This document shows positions 28,905-50,117 of a DNA stretch of 64,000 nt, piece after piece. Made by a program: the position numbers and the translations under genes. Position 1 is the first letter of the stretch. Each line of letters begins with the position of its first letter. Source of the DNA: the human T2T-CHM13v2.0 reference genome, Homo sapiens; assembly GCF_009914755.1 (NCBI RefSeq), contig NC_060928.1, one strand, 5' to 3'. The notes under the pieces are model-generated. The model made no database searches and had not been told where the DNA came from. It worked only from the letters and a program-made list of their open reading frames with translations.

Positions 28905-29750
28905 TTTATCAGGGGATTTTAATTTGAAGATATGGTTTGTAATCTCAAATCGCTCACAATTTATGACAACTAATTAAAAATTTCCCCACCAAATACATAT
29001 ATATATCCATATACATCAAATATATACAAATATATATAAAAAGATAGAGAGAGATATGTATTCCCCAGACCAAAAAAAAAAAAAAAACAAAAAAACCCAG
29101 GCCCTAATACCTTGACCGGTGAATTTTATGAAACAATTATGAAGTAAATAAGACTAATCCTTCACAAAGTATTGAGAAAGAGGGAATACTTTCTAACTCA
29201 TTCTATAAGGACTGTTTCACCCTAATGCAAAAGCTAGACCGAAGCATAACTAAATAAAATTAAAAAGCAACATAAAATAACAACCAGATCAGTACCTTTC
29301 CTGAATATAGATGCAGAAGTCCTCAACAAAGTAATCACAAATAAAGTTTAGTGATACAAAAAAATTATCAATCTGACCAATTGAGGCTTATTCTAAAAAT
29401 GCAAGTTTGGTTTCATTTCTGGAAATCAATTATTGTAATATGCTCAAGACATCTTCAATAGACTTAGAAAGAACACTGAGCAAAATTCAATAACCATTCA
29501 TGAATCCCCAACAAATTAGAAATAAAAAGAGAGTTAATTAACCTCATAAAGGATATCTATGAAACCTCTGCAGCGAATATTAGTCTTAATGGTAAAAGAC
29601 TGTTTTACCTCTAAGACTAGGAAAAAAAGATGTCTACACTTGTTACCTTTTTTCAAAATTGTACTGAGGGTTCTAATAATCATTGAATTGTATACTTATA
29701 TCCAGTCAAATTTATAGTATATCAATTTACCTTAATAAAGCTGTTAAAAT
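28905..29750 (+). mobile_element. Ancient L1M ORF2 fragment joined to an L1M 3' end
   Basis: ggtgaattttatgaaaca, ctaactcattctataagg, gaatatagatgcagaagtcctcaacaaa; ends ...cttaataaagctgttaaaa. Confidence 0.7.
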
Positions 29751-30323
29751 ATTTAAGAAAAGTAATAAAATTAGTTTACTTTTTTAATTCACGCTATTTG
29801 AATGTCCTGTTCAGATCATGAGAGGATTAAAAATGCAGGAATTTAAATTTCATATAATATTGGGAAAACAGAAGCTCAAGTTCTCATGCTCAGATACTGT
29901 AGGCAGAAAGGTGTTAATTTGTTAATTATTGTAAACACTAAAATTCTCTGTAATTATGGTCAAATTTATTTGCCTCTTTCACTGACAATATGTCAATAAG
30001 CTGATTCAAACTGAAAACCAAATTAATTTCTTATATATAAAGCAAAAACTTTCAGAAAGAATTTCAATTTTTATATCCCATATTACGTATCTCTATAAGT
30101 TAAAAAAACTTATATTCTGACACACTTGATTTTAAAATGTAGCTATAAATTTTATCATTATCCATTTTAGGCATTTATCTGTAGCTTAATGAATATCTTT
30201 ATCACATGTTATTAGAGTAATATGTGTAAGCTATTATTTTAAAAGGAGGGCAGAAAAATGACATTTAGCCATCAAGGAATGCAATGTAAAGCATACAAGT
30301 ATTTACCTCTCCAAAATTCTTTA

Positions 30324-31073
<750 letters not shown>

Positions 31074-32809
31074 ATAAGGAATTCAAAATAAATAAATAAA
31101 TAACTTACAAGGAATGCAAAATAAAGCATTCAAATATTTCCCTGTGCAAAAGTATTTAAATAATAAAGAGTTTGCAAATTTAAATAATTCACATACATAA
31201 TTATTATGTATTAGCCACATCTAGGATTTTGGTGGAGGAACAACATGTAAAACTTTTATGTTGTTTTCATATTTCAACTGATAATCTTTCAATATCAAAT
31301 TAACAATAAATAAAAACATCTACACTAAGAAGAGAATAAAAAGGCTGGTAAATACAATCATAATAAGTGCTATGAAAAACATTCAGGATCTTTTTAATCC
31401 AAGTTGAAAATATCTAATTAATTTTTGTTTTGCAAATCTCCCCGAATAATATACCTCATAAATTAAATTCTTAATTCATTTATTACTAATATAATCTATT
31501 TGAAGGCAGGCTGAGATCCTAATATATTTCAACAACACATACTTTGGCATATTTAAGGATGCCGATAGATATTACTATTAGCTCAAAATGTACAAAGACT
31601 GGCTACACTGTCTTGTTTGGAATAAACATTATATCCCTGTGTCTTTTTAATAAATACATTGGGTTTTTATTTCATTTTGTTTGTTGGTTTATTTGTTGTC
31701 ACTGTGATTGTCCTTGTTTTGAGAAATTATATGGAAGAAACAAGGGTGGTAACAGTAAGCAAAATTGGAGAAGGGAGATTCATTCGAGAAATATTTCAGA
31801 GATGACAAAATCAAAGCTGCTGAGAGTATGTAAATATGTACCTAAACCTCAGAGCAGAAGAAAACCATTAAAGAGGTACTTAGCTTATCTCTTAGGCTAG
31901 CACTACAACAAACGTAAAATATATTAATTTTTAAATTTGAGTTTTGAGGTTATTCGGTATTGCAAATTTAAAAAACAAACAATAAAATTAAAATTTTGGA
32001 AAAGGTATATTGTAAATATAGCATATAATGTTATTTTATTATTTATTTATTATATTATTATAAAATCATAGGCTTTAAAATTTGTGAAGAAATTTTGAGA
32101 TTATATATTTTGAAGTGTTCATCTTTAGTTTGAAGAATCAAGGTTTATTTTATGCCCATATATTTTTTATATCTTAAGATATTCTTCTATGTTTAAAGTT
32201 TTCTCTCAGAATTGAAGATATCAGTTAATATGATAAAATTTCAAATAACATTATATTAAGACAATACAAAATATAAGATCTTAATATTTGGATTTTGCTG
32301 ATTATATATACATAGAGGTAATATTTAGACTGGGTAAGATATTACAATGGTAAATTTTACATTGTCTTTGTATTTGAAGATAGGAAAAGATAGACAAGTA
32401 CACGGTATTTTAAAATTTTGATTTTTATTTTATTCCATATTTTATTCAAATTGCTTTTGAATAAGTGCATAAACTTCTTTGAAGTTATCATTAACATGGT
32501 TTCCCTCCAAATTTTATTCTTTTTGAAGCATATTTGATGGTTTAGATTCCAGAGCACCACTGAAATATTTTTATGTAGTGACATGAAGTATTTCCACTTT
32601 CATTTATTCTATAAGTATTATGTGCTTATTATTTGCCAGTAGTATATTATTGGGCTCCTTTCTGTATAGAAAATGAAGACTTCACCTTGTTATAGTCTAC
32701 ATTATGAATAAAACATTGCAAATTAATTAATAAAAGAACTGATAACCCCAATTATTATTATTGTGTATTTACAATTTGCTAGATTTCCTATTGAGAAACT
32801 TTACATATA

Positions 32810-32925
32810 TTTCCATATATAATGCTCACAAAAAAATCTCTGAGACAGTACTTTTTACTTTAGCTTTGTGAGTGAAGAATGAAGTCTATGAGATTTCATT
32901 AACTTGTTCAATGTCAACACAGGTA
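32810..32925 (-). mobile_element. MIR fragment
   Basis: ctcacaaaaaaatctctgagacagta...gatttcattaacttgttcaatgtca. Confidence 0.45.
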
Positions 32926-33072
32926 ACATTTAAACGTAGTTCTGTTGGATGACAAAAGCATGCTTCTACTGCTATTCCACTTTCCTTCAAAGTAAATTAA
33001 AGGTGAATACATAATAATTTCTAACCTTTCATATGAAAAATACCAGAAAATCATCTTTAAAAAACACAAAGG

Positions 33073-39135
<6,063 letters not shown>

Positions 39136-39469
39136 AAAGACACAAAGGATATAGCATTTTTGTAAAACCACATTATTTAGAAGTTAAGGTCAAAAGTGAG
39201 GGCTAGCTGAAGTTGCCTGTCTGTTTATTAAACTGTTTTTCTAGGTTTTTTAAGTCTGTAGTAGATTGTTGAGGGTGAAGAAAGGCATAACTCAGCTTAA
39301 ATAATGATAAGCATTACGTGCCACAAATTTCAGTAGATCACTGACATGAGTTTGAGCCAATGACCTATAAACAATAATCATTAACTTGTAATAACAACTT
39401 CTGTTAGTGTAAGAATATGAAATGTATTTAATACAATAGTAATGAAAACAGTCTTACAAATGCTTAATA

Positions 39470-39665
39470 TACGTTATATACAATTCTAAGAAATGTATAA
39501 ATATCACATTATGTAATCCTTACAACAATCCTGTGAGACAGGTAGACTTTTCTGTCTCCGTATTTTAGGTGAGAAAACTGAGCCACATAGTGGTTTACTA
39601 ACTTGGCTAAAGACCACCCGGAAGGAAGCAGGGGTATTTTCACAAAATTCACAGACAGACTCTGG
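39470..39665 (-). mobile_element. MIR SINE
   Basis: taatccttacaacaatcctgtgagacaggta...attttaggtgagaaaactgag. Confidence 0.75.
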
Positions 39666-40427
39666 AAACAGACAACCTTTGTTTTCAAAACATAAAATAT
39701 CTGAGTGATAAAAGAAAGCATTGCCCCACAGTTCTAATATCAGTGGGCCTTTTTTTTGGTTTTCTTAATGATACAAAATAACACATCTTATTATGATGAA
39801 ATTAATGACATTTCAAGTTTGATGAAATACAATGTAATATATAACATGTGTGATTATTTGATTAGTCCTAATCTCTCTAGATTATAAACTCCATGACTCT
39901 ATCGTTTAACATTCTAGAGTAACAATGTTCTTGACACATAAAATGGGTAAGCTTCCTATCATGCAAAAATACGAATAAAGGTGGATTTTAAGTGATTACG
40001 CCTTTCAGAGCCAGTTGGTGTCCTAAGGTTATTCACCAGAGAGTCCCCTGACGTGGGCACAGTATGGGGCTTTTGCTCTAGATATCTATGGAACATGTCA
40101 TCTCATGTGTTACTGGCATCAAAAGGGGATGTCATAAATTTAAAAAGCCAGTGCTCTTTGCCCACATTCCTGGGTTTAAGTTACACCATCAGCCAGTTCT
40201 TCCAATATTATTTACTCGCAAAACCCTTCAGGCATTTCTAAATTTATATACTACTGGCATAACTGTTCAGTCAGGTTCTCCTGAAATTTTTGCTTTCTTG
40301 AGATATTTAAAATGCGTTCCCACCTGCCTCTAGAGAACCTTTAGTATCATTTCATTGGAATCCTTAAATCCCTCAGTAATTGTGTTTTATCTCTTTGATC
40401 TTTTTGACAGAATTCTGTACTTTATTG

Positions 40428-40634
40428 GTGTGTGTGTCTGTGTGTGTGTATATATATACACACATATATATATACATATACACACATATACATATATACA
40501 TATATACACATATACACATATATACACATATATACATATATACACATATATATACATATATACATATATACATATATATACATATATACACACATATATA
40601 TAGGTGTGTGCTTCTGTGTGTGTGTATATATATA
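40428..40634. repeat. Complex (TA/CA/TG)n low-complexity repeat
   Basis: About 200 bp of TATACACA-type units flanked by TG runs. Confidence 0.95.
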
Positions 40635-40945
40635 ACTTTCCTAGATGTCAGAATCACAATTATTATATATATTACATTATATCTTAATTAGATTCTGCAT
40701 ACTTTTTATGACATGGCTTTGTCTGGCTCTATAATTGCAACCTTGAAGTCATGCTAAGGAATCATACAGCATGAACTTGTTAAAGTTAAAGTTATAAGTT
40801 GTGAATATCACATACATAAAAATCAGTTAACTTTTAAGTATTATGGAGTAGGTAAATACAAACAAATTAGCAGTATACCAAATCTATCTTTAACTTGTTT
40901 CCTTAAGTTTCACTAGCCTAGGAGTAGATAAAAAATTACACTGGC

Positions 40946-41229
<284 letters not shown>

Positions 41230-41785
41230 TTACCCCTAGAGCAGATGGAAAAACGTTAGCACTCCACAAAGTCCCCTGCCTGGTATTTCAGAGTGTCTCA
41301 CATTTTCTTGCAAACAAGTCTGCTCCCATCGACAGTCACCACCACTGCTGACGTCTCCCTCTGGGCATTGGCACGACTCTACTCATTCTTACCTTCTCTA
41401 TTTGGGCCTCTATGAATGTATTACTGCTTTACTGGATACCTACTCCTGGGTACTGGGTATTCCTACCATTAGCTACAGTCACTCTGCCAAGTGCCTCTGT
41501 TTGTGTAGGAGTCTTAGTGCCAAATGAACAAGGCATTTGGAGGGAATTGGGAGAGAATAGTGTGCTATCCTCTGAGTTACACCATGTCAGAGCAAAGAGG
41601 AAGCCAGGCTATAAAAATTGCAGTGAAATTGCTTTTGCCTTTTTAACTTATTAACTGTATCTTCACAGTAATCATAGGCACTGCAATGGAGGGCACATCA
41701 GAGTTGCTAATATTCCAGAATCACCAGCTTGTTAATGAGAAAACTGTCTGTACGGAAGTAAGTCTAGCTCCTGTGGCTGGGACTC

Positions 41786-41810
41786 TTTTTTTTTTTTTTT
41801 TTTTTTTTTT
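41786..41810. repeat. Poly-T tract
   Basis: T25. Confidence 0.9.
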
Positions 41811-44229
41811 GCTTAGGATGGGAGTGCTCCTGAAAGTTCTTCAGCCACTTCTCTTAGGCCTACCCCACTCATTACTAGAATACCTTTTACTACTTAGGCT
41901 CAAGCTGGAAGTCTTGCTCATAATTTATAATTATAACATGAAAAATGCACAATGCTGACTCACTTGTTGATGTGAAAAATATATTTATCTTTTTTTTTGC
42001 TTTAAATTTGAACTGGACAAAATTCTCTTAAATGCAATTCTAAAATAATTTTAAAATGTTAACTTTGCATACCATTTATGCCTTTCTTTTTACCAGAAAA
42101 TATGGTTTTCTTTTGACTCAGATGCTAGTAGTAGCCTAGAAATTCTTTTAGTTAAAAGGTCTGTTTGTAGTTAATAGTGTCACACCACAGCGATAAAGGC
42201 TGACATGGGCTTCTGTTTTGAGCACAGGGTTGTTGACAGGTGCTCATGAGTTCTAATGACAGTTCTGGTGCAGACTCTTAATGTGGCCTTAGACCATTCA
42301 ACTTTCCTCTTTGTGCTAAACTCTACATATAAGACTGGGCTTATACATCTGAAAGGACTTTCTGAGGATTAATGACTTCCTATACAGGTTTAGCCGCAGT
42401 ACAGAAGAACAAACATGCTCAATGATATCATCTACTTTTTCTATGAAATGGTAGTTTTCTGGAGTTAAAACAAACAAGACCAAGCTGGACCAGAAGAAAC
42501 TTCCTTTACCTATTTTGCCTATAATACTATCGGTACTTCTGTGCAATGCAAATGTTGTAGTTAGGCAGAGGCAGACAGCAACAGCCAGAGGGGAAATGAT
42601 TTCTGCCTTCTATGTGGAAGAGATTATTTATCATCTTTCCCAGATAGAGAATTCTTATTAACTGAGCAATTTGTCTTAGAACAGTGTATTATTACTTTTC
42701 CTATTATTCGACATGAAAGAATATGAAGGCTGATATTTATTTATCCTCTGAGAAACAGTACCAGAATGAAGTTGTGTAACTATTGACAATGAACTCTATG
42801 TGCCTATAGGCAATGCTCAATTTGACACAAAATTTTCCAGGTTTTTAAAAAAGATTTCCAGAAGTTCTCAAATTGCATATAATAATATCTCATGGTTATT
42901 TTAAAGTAATTTATAGTCACTTAGGAAAAAGAAGATATATGCAACACAAGTAGAAAATAAGATATGGTTATACGTATGTGTATACATATATATACATACA
43001 CATATACACAAATACAAAGTATTATGGGAGCTACAAGCAACAAAATATTATTTTTGCCAGAAGTTTCAGGTAACAGGGTTTTACAGAAGGTGAGTAGTTT
43101 TAAAATGATTTTAAAAGTCTGAAATGATTGATAAGATTTTAATATTCAAACATTGAAAATTGTTTTTCAAACTGAGACAAGAAGGTGGGGGGGAATCTGG
43201 AGAAGAGATGAAGGAAAGAATTCCATTGAGGTGGAGAGCCTTCTGGAGAGGCCAACTAGCTACCTATAAAGACTCCCAAAGGGCTACTCCCTGGGCAAAT
43301 TTACTTGTGTTCCTGATATGGATCTCAATATTGCGTAGCCAGATATCGTGATGTATGTGAGAATCAAAATGTCTTTCAGAATAGATTCAAATGATTCAAT
43401 CCCAGGAACTGGTAAAAATCAAAATGACAACTTATTAATGAAAAATATAAATGAGAAATATAAAAATCACATAACAGATATACCTATATTGAAAGACCAG
43501 AACATTCTGTTCTTAGTGGCAAATCTATGTCATAAGCCAAATTATGGTTAAAAAGTTGCTTGATTAAAATGGAGTCATGGAGTTTGGAGGCACTCTCTTA
43601 ATTTAGTGTCATTAATAGCAGTCTAAGGGAGTGATGATCTTACCAGTGTGGCTATAATACTGAAGTCCTTGGAGAAGACTTTGAGTGTCACATGTGGCAT
43701 TCTTAGACAATGGTTGACAGTGTCAGCTTATGAAATTTGCTTTGTTGATTATTTTTCTTCTTTTGTTTATATTTTTCTGAAAGGCATTTTTCTTTAGTTA
43801 TATTATTTTTTTTTGTCAAGATATAGGTATAGGCCTTAGACCTTCCTACTCCTCTTTTATGCTGCTTTTATACTTTGTCATTTGGAATGAAATTATTTTC
43901 TTTTTTCCTCCTTCACATTTCTTCAGCTGTCAGAGTACTTTGTACAATGTGGGTTCAACACATGTCTTTTGAGCAAAGGTGAACTTACTATCGTTTTTGT
44001 TTTGTAGGTACTAGAACACTTCAATCAGTTCAACTTACTATTTTTTCACCATTACTTTCTAACAAATAGCTGCTGAGATTCTGTGGTCTAAAATAATTTC
44101 TAAATACCGAAAATATGACAAAAAGATGATTGCAAAAGTAAAGATAAAATGTTTATCTATTTAAACATGTATAAACATGAATTCTACTTGCATTTTCAAC
44201 ATGTTACAGATCCAATATTTTTTTGAGTG

Positions 44230-46354
44230 GGGGGCAGGCTGGCTTCAGGGTGGTAGAAGCTGATTTAAGGGAGACATGATGGGCTTAATCCTAAAAACTT
44301 CAAGGAAGCTGGACATTTATGCTCCTTTCATTTGGCAAGATAGTAAAATGATTCATTTTGTATCTGGGCTTTAATTGTTTCCTCTTTAATGGTTTATTCT
44401 TTCCTCCTGGCATTTTCTTATACTGGCAGGGTTCCCAACTGCTTTCCTACCATGGGTTATCCAAAAACATGACATAAGCTCCGCTCAGGGATGGTTATGG
44501 TAGGCTCAAGTGTGCATATGAGTGGCATCTACTTGTCCCTTCCAGGCAGCAATCTGCTGCCATGTCTTTGTCTTCACACAGGAAATAATTTAATAGTTCA
44601 GTCACTTCATCGCTATTCTCCTGACCAGGTGGCTAGGCTGTTGGCACTGGCCCATAAGTAAGCAGCAGTATGGCAAGATATGGTGGTAGGTCTCGCCTGC
44701 ATGGCCATTGCCACTGCATGTAGGTTTGATCCATTGGGCAAAATAATATGTCCAGTCTGAGTCAGAAGATGGCCATCCCCTGGCTGGATGGTAGCCACAG
44801 TCCAGTGGATCCCACCTGCTTGTTTTTTGTCAGAGTTATCAGTACTCCATGCCATATTGTAAGAAGGCTCCTCTCTAAGTCTTGAGCTCCCTACAAGTTG
44901 CTTGGTCCCTTCTGGTAAGCTAGCCAGTTGTTCATGGAGCCTACTGGTCCCTAGGCATCCTGTCCAGACCCAATCTTGAATGTACCCTTTCCACTTGATA
45001 ACTGAACTTAGTTGAGCATGTTTAATTTTACTGGTGGAGTTGTGAGCACCCAAGAGAGAAAGGGCAATGCATGTTGCAGTGTCACATGTGGCACTTCAGC
45101 TGTAAAGAACTCAGTCTCCACTACTTCCCAAAAGCACTCTAGGAGTTGCCATTTAAAGGAGTTGTATCTGATGGATACCTTAGGCAACTTGTGAGTTCAA
45201 AATCCAAGAGATTGGTACACCCCATTGACAGTTTTCTGTTGCCCCAAATTCCAGTCAGCATATGTGAAGGTTGCAGACACCTGTAATTCCATCAGACTAG
45301 CCGACATTAAAGGTTTGAAAGGTAGTATCATGGCCATGTCTTATCAAATGTCTTTCCAGCATGCTGTTGCAAAGGGCCCCACTTAAAATTGGTGGCTTTA
45401 TTGGTCACCTGGGCTAAGGAGGCCTAAAGAACACTTCTGTAAGATAAACATTGTATCCAGTACCCAAAGAGGCATATAGCCTGTTGGGCCTCCTTTTTAA
45501 TTCATGAGTATCACCAGGAATAATAATTTTTTCTTGATGGTATCTGGAATACTTCTTTGGATTACCACTCCAGAAGCCTAGAATTCAGTCCATTGTTAGT
45601 CTCCATGCCCTGAAGGTCCTTTGACCAGCCAAACTGCCTGGTACACTGTAACAAGGTTGATTGTAACCTTTTTATGTGTACCAAATCCTAAATTAACAAA
45701 TTAGTGTCCATTTCTCCACTCAGCATGCAGTACTACTTGTGTTGAATAATCTGTTGGGACTTGGATAGCTAAGGTTGCAGGTAGGAGGGGATATGCCCCT
45801 TTATTGTGGCTGGAATCCTTAGCTGCGAGGGGCATGCCCCTTCAAGCAGCAATGATATTCTGTGCCACAAGCAGCCAAAATGTCAATACCTATAATGCAC
45901 TCAGAGAAGTCTGAATTGCCTTCTTTCTCCCTTCTATCTTGACCAGAGTTTAGGACCACTGGCCTCCAATGAGCATCCAGAGACCTTGTCTTTGCCCTTA
46001 ACTGCTCCATTTATCATTTGGATCTGCAATGTCCCTTGATCAAAGAAATACATCATCCAGGCTGCATAGGGCTTCTCTGGCCTTTCTTCATTTCTGTTCT
46101 TTAAAAATGAGCCTCGCTCTCTGAGAAGGCCTGCAATACTTGTGTTGGCTCCTTCCCAAACACCTGAGAGTCTATCTGAGTACCGACTTCCTGAGGTCTA
46201 TGATTCTAGGAATGAGCAACCACATAAGTGGCCAACATCAGGGACTCATGTGCCACTGTGCATTGTCAGGCTGACATCTTCTCCCTGGACCAGGTGTACT
46301 AGACGGTATAGCCCTTCTTGCTTTGCCAATAAAAGTCATGGTCTGTCAGAGGTC
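44230..46354 (-). mobile_element. Class III (ERVL-like) internal remnant with protease/RT/RNase H fragments
   Basis: Minus-strand ECIIGIDIL (protease-like) and AWSTDNS...WTVATIQP...LWASANSLATWSG (RNase H-like); left boundary approximate. Confidence 0.8.
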
Positions 46355-46372
46355 ACCCTGCTCTCAGTGCCA
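46355..46372 (-). other. Retroviral primer binding site, tRNA-Ser-like
   Basis: Minus strand TGGCACTGAGAGCAGGGT versus recalled Ser PBS TGGCGCTGTGAGCAGGAT (15/18), 4 nt after the LTR end. Confidence 0.65.
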
Positions 46373-46376
46373 ATTT

Positions 46377-46829
46377 CGTTCACTGTGTACTGGCTATCCA
46401 CATGACACTCCAGTGAGATAGAACACCCACACACAAGTTACAGGAAGTGAATTTGTTATGTACAGATAAGTAGCGAAGGACCAGAAGCATAGAATTTATT
46501 ACAAGCCAGTACTTCAAGGCTCAGATATGCTGGCTGGGGTGGTTGGAGAATTGTCTATATATGCCCCATTTGCACCACAGGTGAGGGATTGCAGAAAGCA
46601 GCCTTCTCTGGATTTTATATCATGGGGCAACAGGAAAAGCTGACTTAAACCATTGAAAGACATATTATTTCTAGAAGAGACTGGAACAGAGCCTGTGCTG
46701 TTCTGATCAGCCACTCCCTGTCTCAGGATGTGGCATTCTCAGCACATTCGACAGTTATTCTTCAGAACTACAAGCAAGAAAGTGGGGAGAAATGGGTCTG
46801 TCCAAGGGCACTTGAAGAACTGTCCTGCA
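46377..46829 (-). mobile_element. ERVL 5' LTR (MER54/LTR53/MER74-group-like)
   Basis: Minus strand begins TGCAGGACAGTTCTTCAAGTGCCCTTGGAC and is followed by the PBS and internal region. Confidence 0.7.
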
Positions 46830-48239
46830 TGGAGTGGTGAGCAGAGGATTAAAAGATGACAAACAGTCCAAAGAGCCTGAGCTATGACATTACGGACATG
46901 TATTTATTTTTCCCAGCTATGAAGTGGTTCCAGGTCTTATGCAGATGTATTCTGTTTATCACTTAGAAGAACTAAAATTTCTAGTTACATAAAGAAATGA
47001 GAGAGAGAGAAAAATAGGAAAGGAAGATAGAAGAAGGGAGGGAGAGAGAATGAATTTGAGAGATTTGCACTCTAAATTAAATACTCTACTAATCATATTC
47101 CAAATAATACAATGTTTATTTTTTAAAGAAGATATGTTGGTGTCTTGGATTAAATTATCTGTGGAGCCCAAGTTATACACACTATATTGTGAGTCAAATC
47201 TAGTAACTTTGTAACTAAACTTTCTTGGACTGGGTTCAAGATAGAGCTAGCTTATTTCAAAACTCCATGTTGCCAATATAATATAATTTTATGATCTAAT
47301 CTCTCCAAACTTATTCTGATAGAAAGAAATGTCTATTATTTTAATTTTCATCTTTATGGGTTTTCTTTAAAGAATTTCCACAAAGATCTTATGATATGGT
47401 TGAAAATCTGCTTATGCATGTATACATTTTCTATAGGCAATCACAAAATATTTTAATGATATATCTGTGTTCTTTATTTTATGGTAGGTGTTCCTTGGTA
47501 ATGGAAACTATAGAAATGTGATCTTTTATTCAGGGCCTGATTACCAACAGCTTGATTTTCTCCTAGCATCTTGTATTATTTCACTGGAGGGCAAATGTAA
47601 CAGGAGGTTCATTTTGGGATATTGTTTTGTACATAGATTAACATTCAAAGCTGTTTTCATTACTAATGTACTTAGAATGCACTTTCTCCGTTAGGAATTT
47701 TATTTTTTCCTCTATATAAGCTTATCATTTTGTTATTAGAGAGAAGTAGTATGCTGTAATGGCTTTCTTGGGAAACAAATATTTGCATCAGGGCTTGAGA
47801 GAACAAAATCATTACACCTGACAAATAGCTTAACTTTCAGGCTTTTATGCAAGCATATTTCATATTATTTTCTCTACTCGTATAAAAGAAAACAAAAAAG
47901 ATTAAAAATATTGGAGAAATTGGACTTCTATTTTAAATTTATTTGTTTGAGTATTATTTAGTTGATAAGATTCACAACACTAACTGTGGGTTCTTATAAC
48001 TTCTTTAGTTTCATAATATTAATTTCTTCTGTATGCAGATTGGTTGTTTAGTTGCTAAGTAATCAATATAGTTGAAAATTATACATATTTAGTACCTATG
48101 ATGTGTAAGACACATATAGAAAAATAAAAGTGAAAGATAATTCATTGTATAACTAAGGTTCATGATATAATGAAGGAAATAAATAAAGACAGTAGACCTC
48201 AGTTAATATTATAATTTAGCTGAGGTAGTTTTACTTCTA

Positions 48240-48910
48240 AGGAATAAGAAACTTAAATGTCAGCTGAACATAGTTGCATTTCTAAAGCTTGATTCTACCC
48301 CAGTAGAATCAAACATGAAACACTCTCTCAAAGGCCTATAGAACCCAGGGTCTGTGGTATTCCTATGAAATAAATAGCTGCTGAGGATAAGCTCGTGATT
48401 AAAAATTATAAAAAAAATAAGGAAAAAACACATTAAGAGAAAGTGGCACAATTTAATAATATAATGGCTAAAATTACTTTCTAATAGAAAAAATACTGAA
48501 TCTTCAGATTGAATAATCATCTCTAATCCCAAGCAAGGAAAATAAAACCAAAGCCCATGGCTGAGTATCTTCAGAATATCAACGTTAAAAATACACACAC
48601 ACACACACACACAGACACACACACACACACACACTCACACATATGTATGTATGTATGTAAACACGGAGTTCCTAAAAAGGAAAGTCTCTGATTGACTGCA
48701 GGCTTATCATGAGCAACGGAGGCCAGAATTATCTGAAGATGTAATGCATCAACTCAGAATTCTTTAATAAACTAAACTTTTTTTGAAAGGAAGAGTGAAT
48801 TTTCAGATTTACAAAGACTAGTGTATGTATTACTCACAGATTATCACTGAATAAACAACTTAAAGTATGTCCATCAGCAAGAAGAAAATTAAAAACAGAA
48901 GAAAGGATTG
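48240..48910 (+). mobile_element. Ancient L1M ORF1-like fragments interrupted by (CA)n
   Basis: gaatcttcagattgaa, caactcagaattcttta; (CA)n at 48593-48640. Confidence 0.45.
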
Positions 48911-49744
48911 GTATACAAAAAGCAAATGCAAACAAGTAAGTAATATACATGTATATTACAGACACACATATATATACATATACATGTATATTACATGTAT
49001 ATATGTATATACACGCACATATATTTGCACACAGATATATTTAAATGTTCATGGCTTTTAAGTTCATGTAAAGCACATATGTAATTTCAAATAAGTAAAA
49101 TCTTTGGTAGGCCTAATTTTGACTGTTATTTTTATTGATAATAGCAGTAGTATTATTACAAATAATTTTATGCCAAAAGTAAGTGGATCTAAATTAATAA
49201 GAAAGAATTGTACCTGACACATGTAGTATATGCAGTAAAAATTCCATGAACAAATGAATGAGCTTCATTGAATGAATTCCATTGGAACTCCCATGGAATA
49301 TTATCTGACTCCACAATATATTTAAGGTATTCAATGCATGTTCTTCCCCAGCATTGGGGAAGGTTTTGCCTTAATCTTCTGAGCCTTGACTATCCTTTCT
49401 CTTGGAAGAGTTCTTTCCATGGAAGGCATCACATACCACAGCATAGGACCTGATTTAGACCCTCTACTCATGTCTAGGCATGTCCAATCATAGGGCCAAT
49501 GGAATTTAGGCTTAAGTTAGATTCTGTTTGATCTAGCTGAGGTAGGCCCAAAAAAGTTAATTGTAATTTTTTTACACCTCTTTTTGAAAATTTTCCTTTA
49601 AAATTGCTTCAGAGGACTTGTAACTTGACAGTCTGGTTCACTTAGAACTGGCGTAAAGAAAAGTATATTATATACTAGTGGTATACTGGACAGGTGCATC
49701 AAATTGTTCCTCCTCCTTACCACTGGAGGAGAAAGCTTCTTTCT

Positions 49745-50110
49745 ATTTCATTTTATTTATTTATTTATTTATTTATTTATTTGAGACAAGGTCTCATTCT
49801 ATCACTAGGCTGGAGTGCAGTGGTGTGATCATAGCTCACCGCAGCCTCAACCTCCTGTGCTCAGTTGATCCTCCCACCTCAGCCTCCAGAGTAGCTAAGA
49901 CTATGCTCAAGCGATCCTTCCACTTCAGCCTCCAGAGTAGCTAGGACTACAGGCATACACCACCATGCCTGGCTACTTTTTATATTTTTTATAGAGATAG
50001 GATTTTTCTGTGTTCCCCAGATTCGCCTCCAACTCCTGAGGCTCAAGCAATCCTCCCACCTCAGCCTTCCAAAGTGCTGAGATTACAGATGTGAGCCAGG
50101 CACCTGGTCT
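49745..50110 (-). mobile_element. AluJ-like SINE with a 46-bp internal tandem duplication
   Basis: (TTTA)n tail, GATCATAGCTCACcGCAGCCTC J-type motif; duplicated 49858-49903/49904-49949. Confidence 0.9.
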
Positions 50111-50117
50111 TTTGCCT

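Noticed and set aside
40355-40691. Cluster of overlapping 67-103 aa ORFs rich in Y/I/H/T/C/V
   Set aside because: Translations of the stop-free TA/CA microsatellite, not genes.
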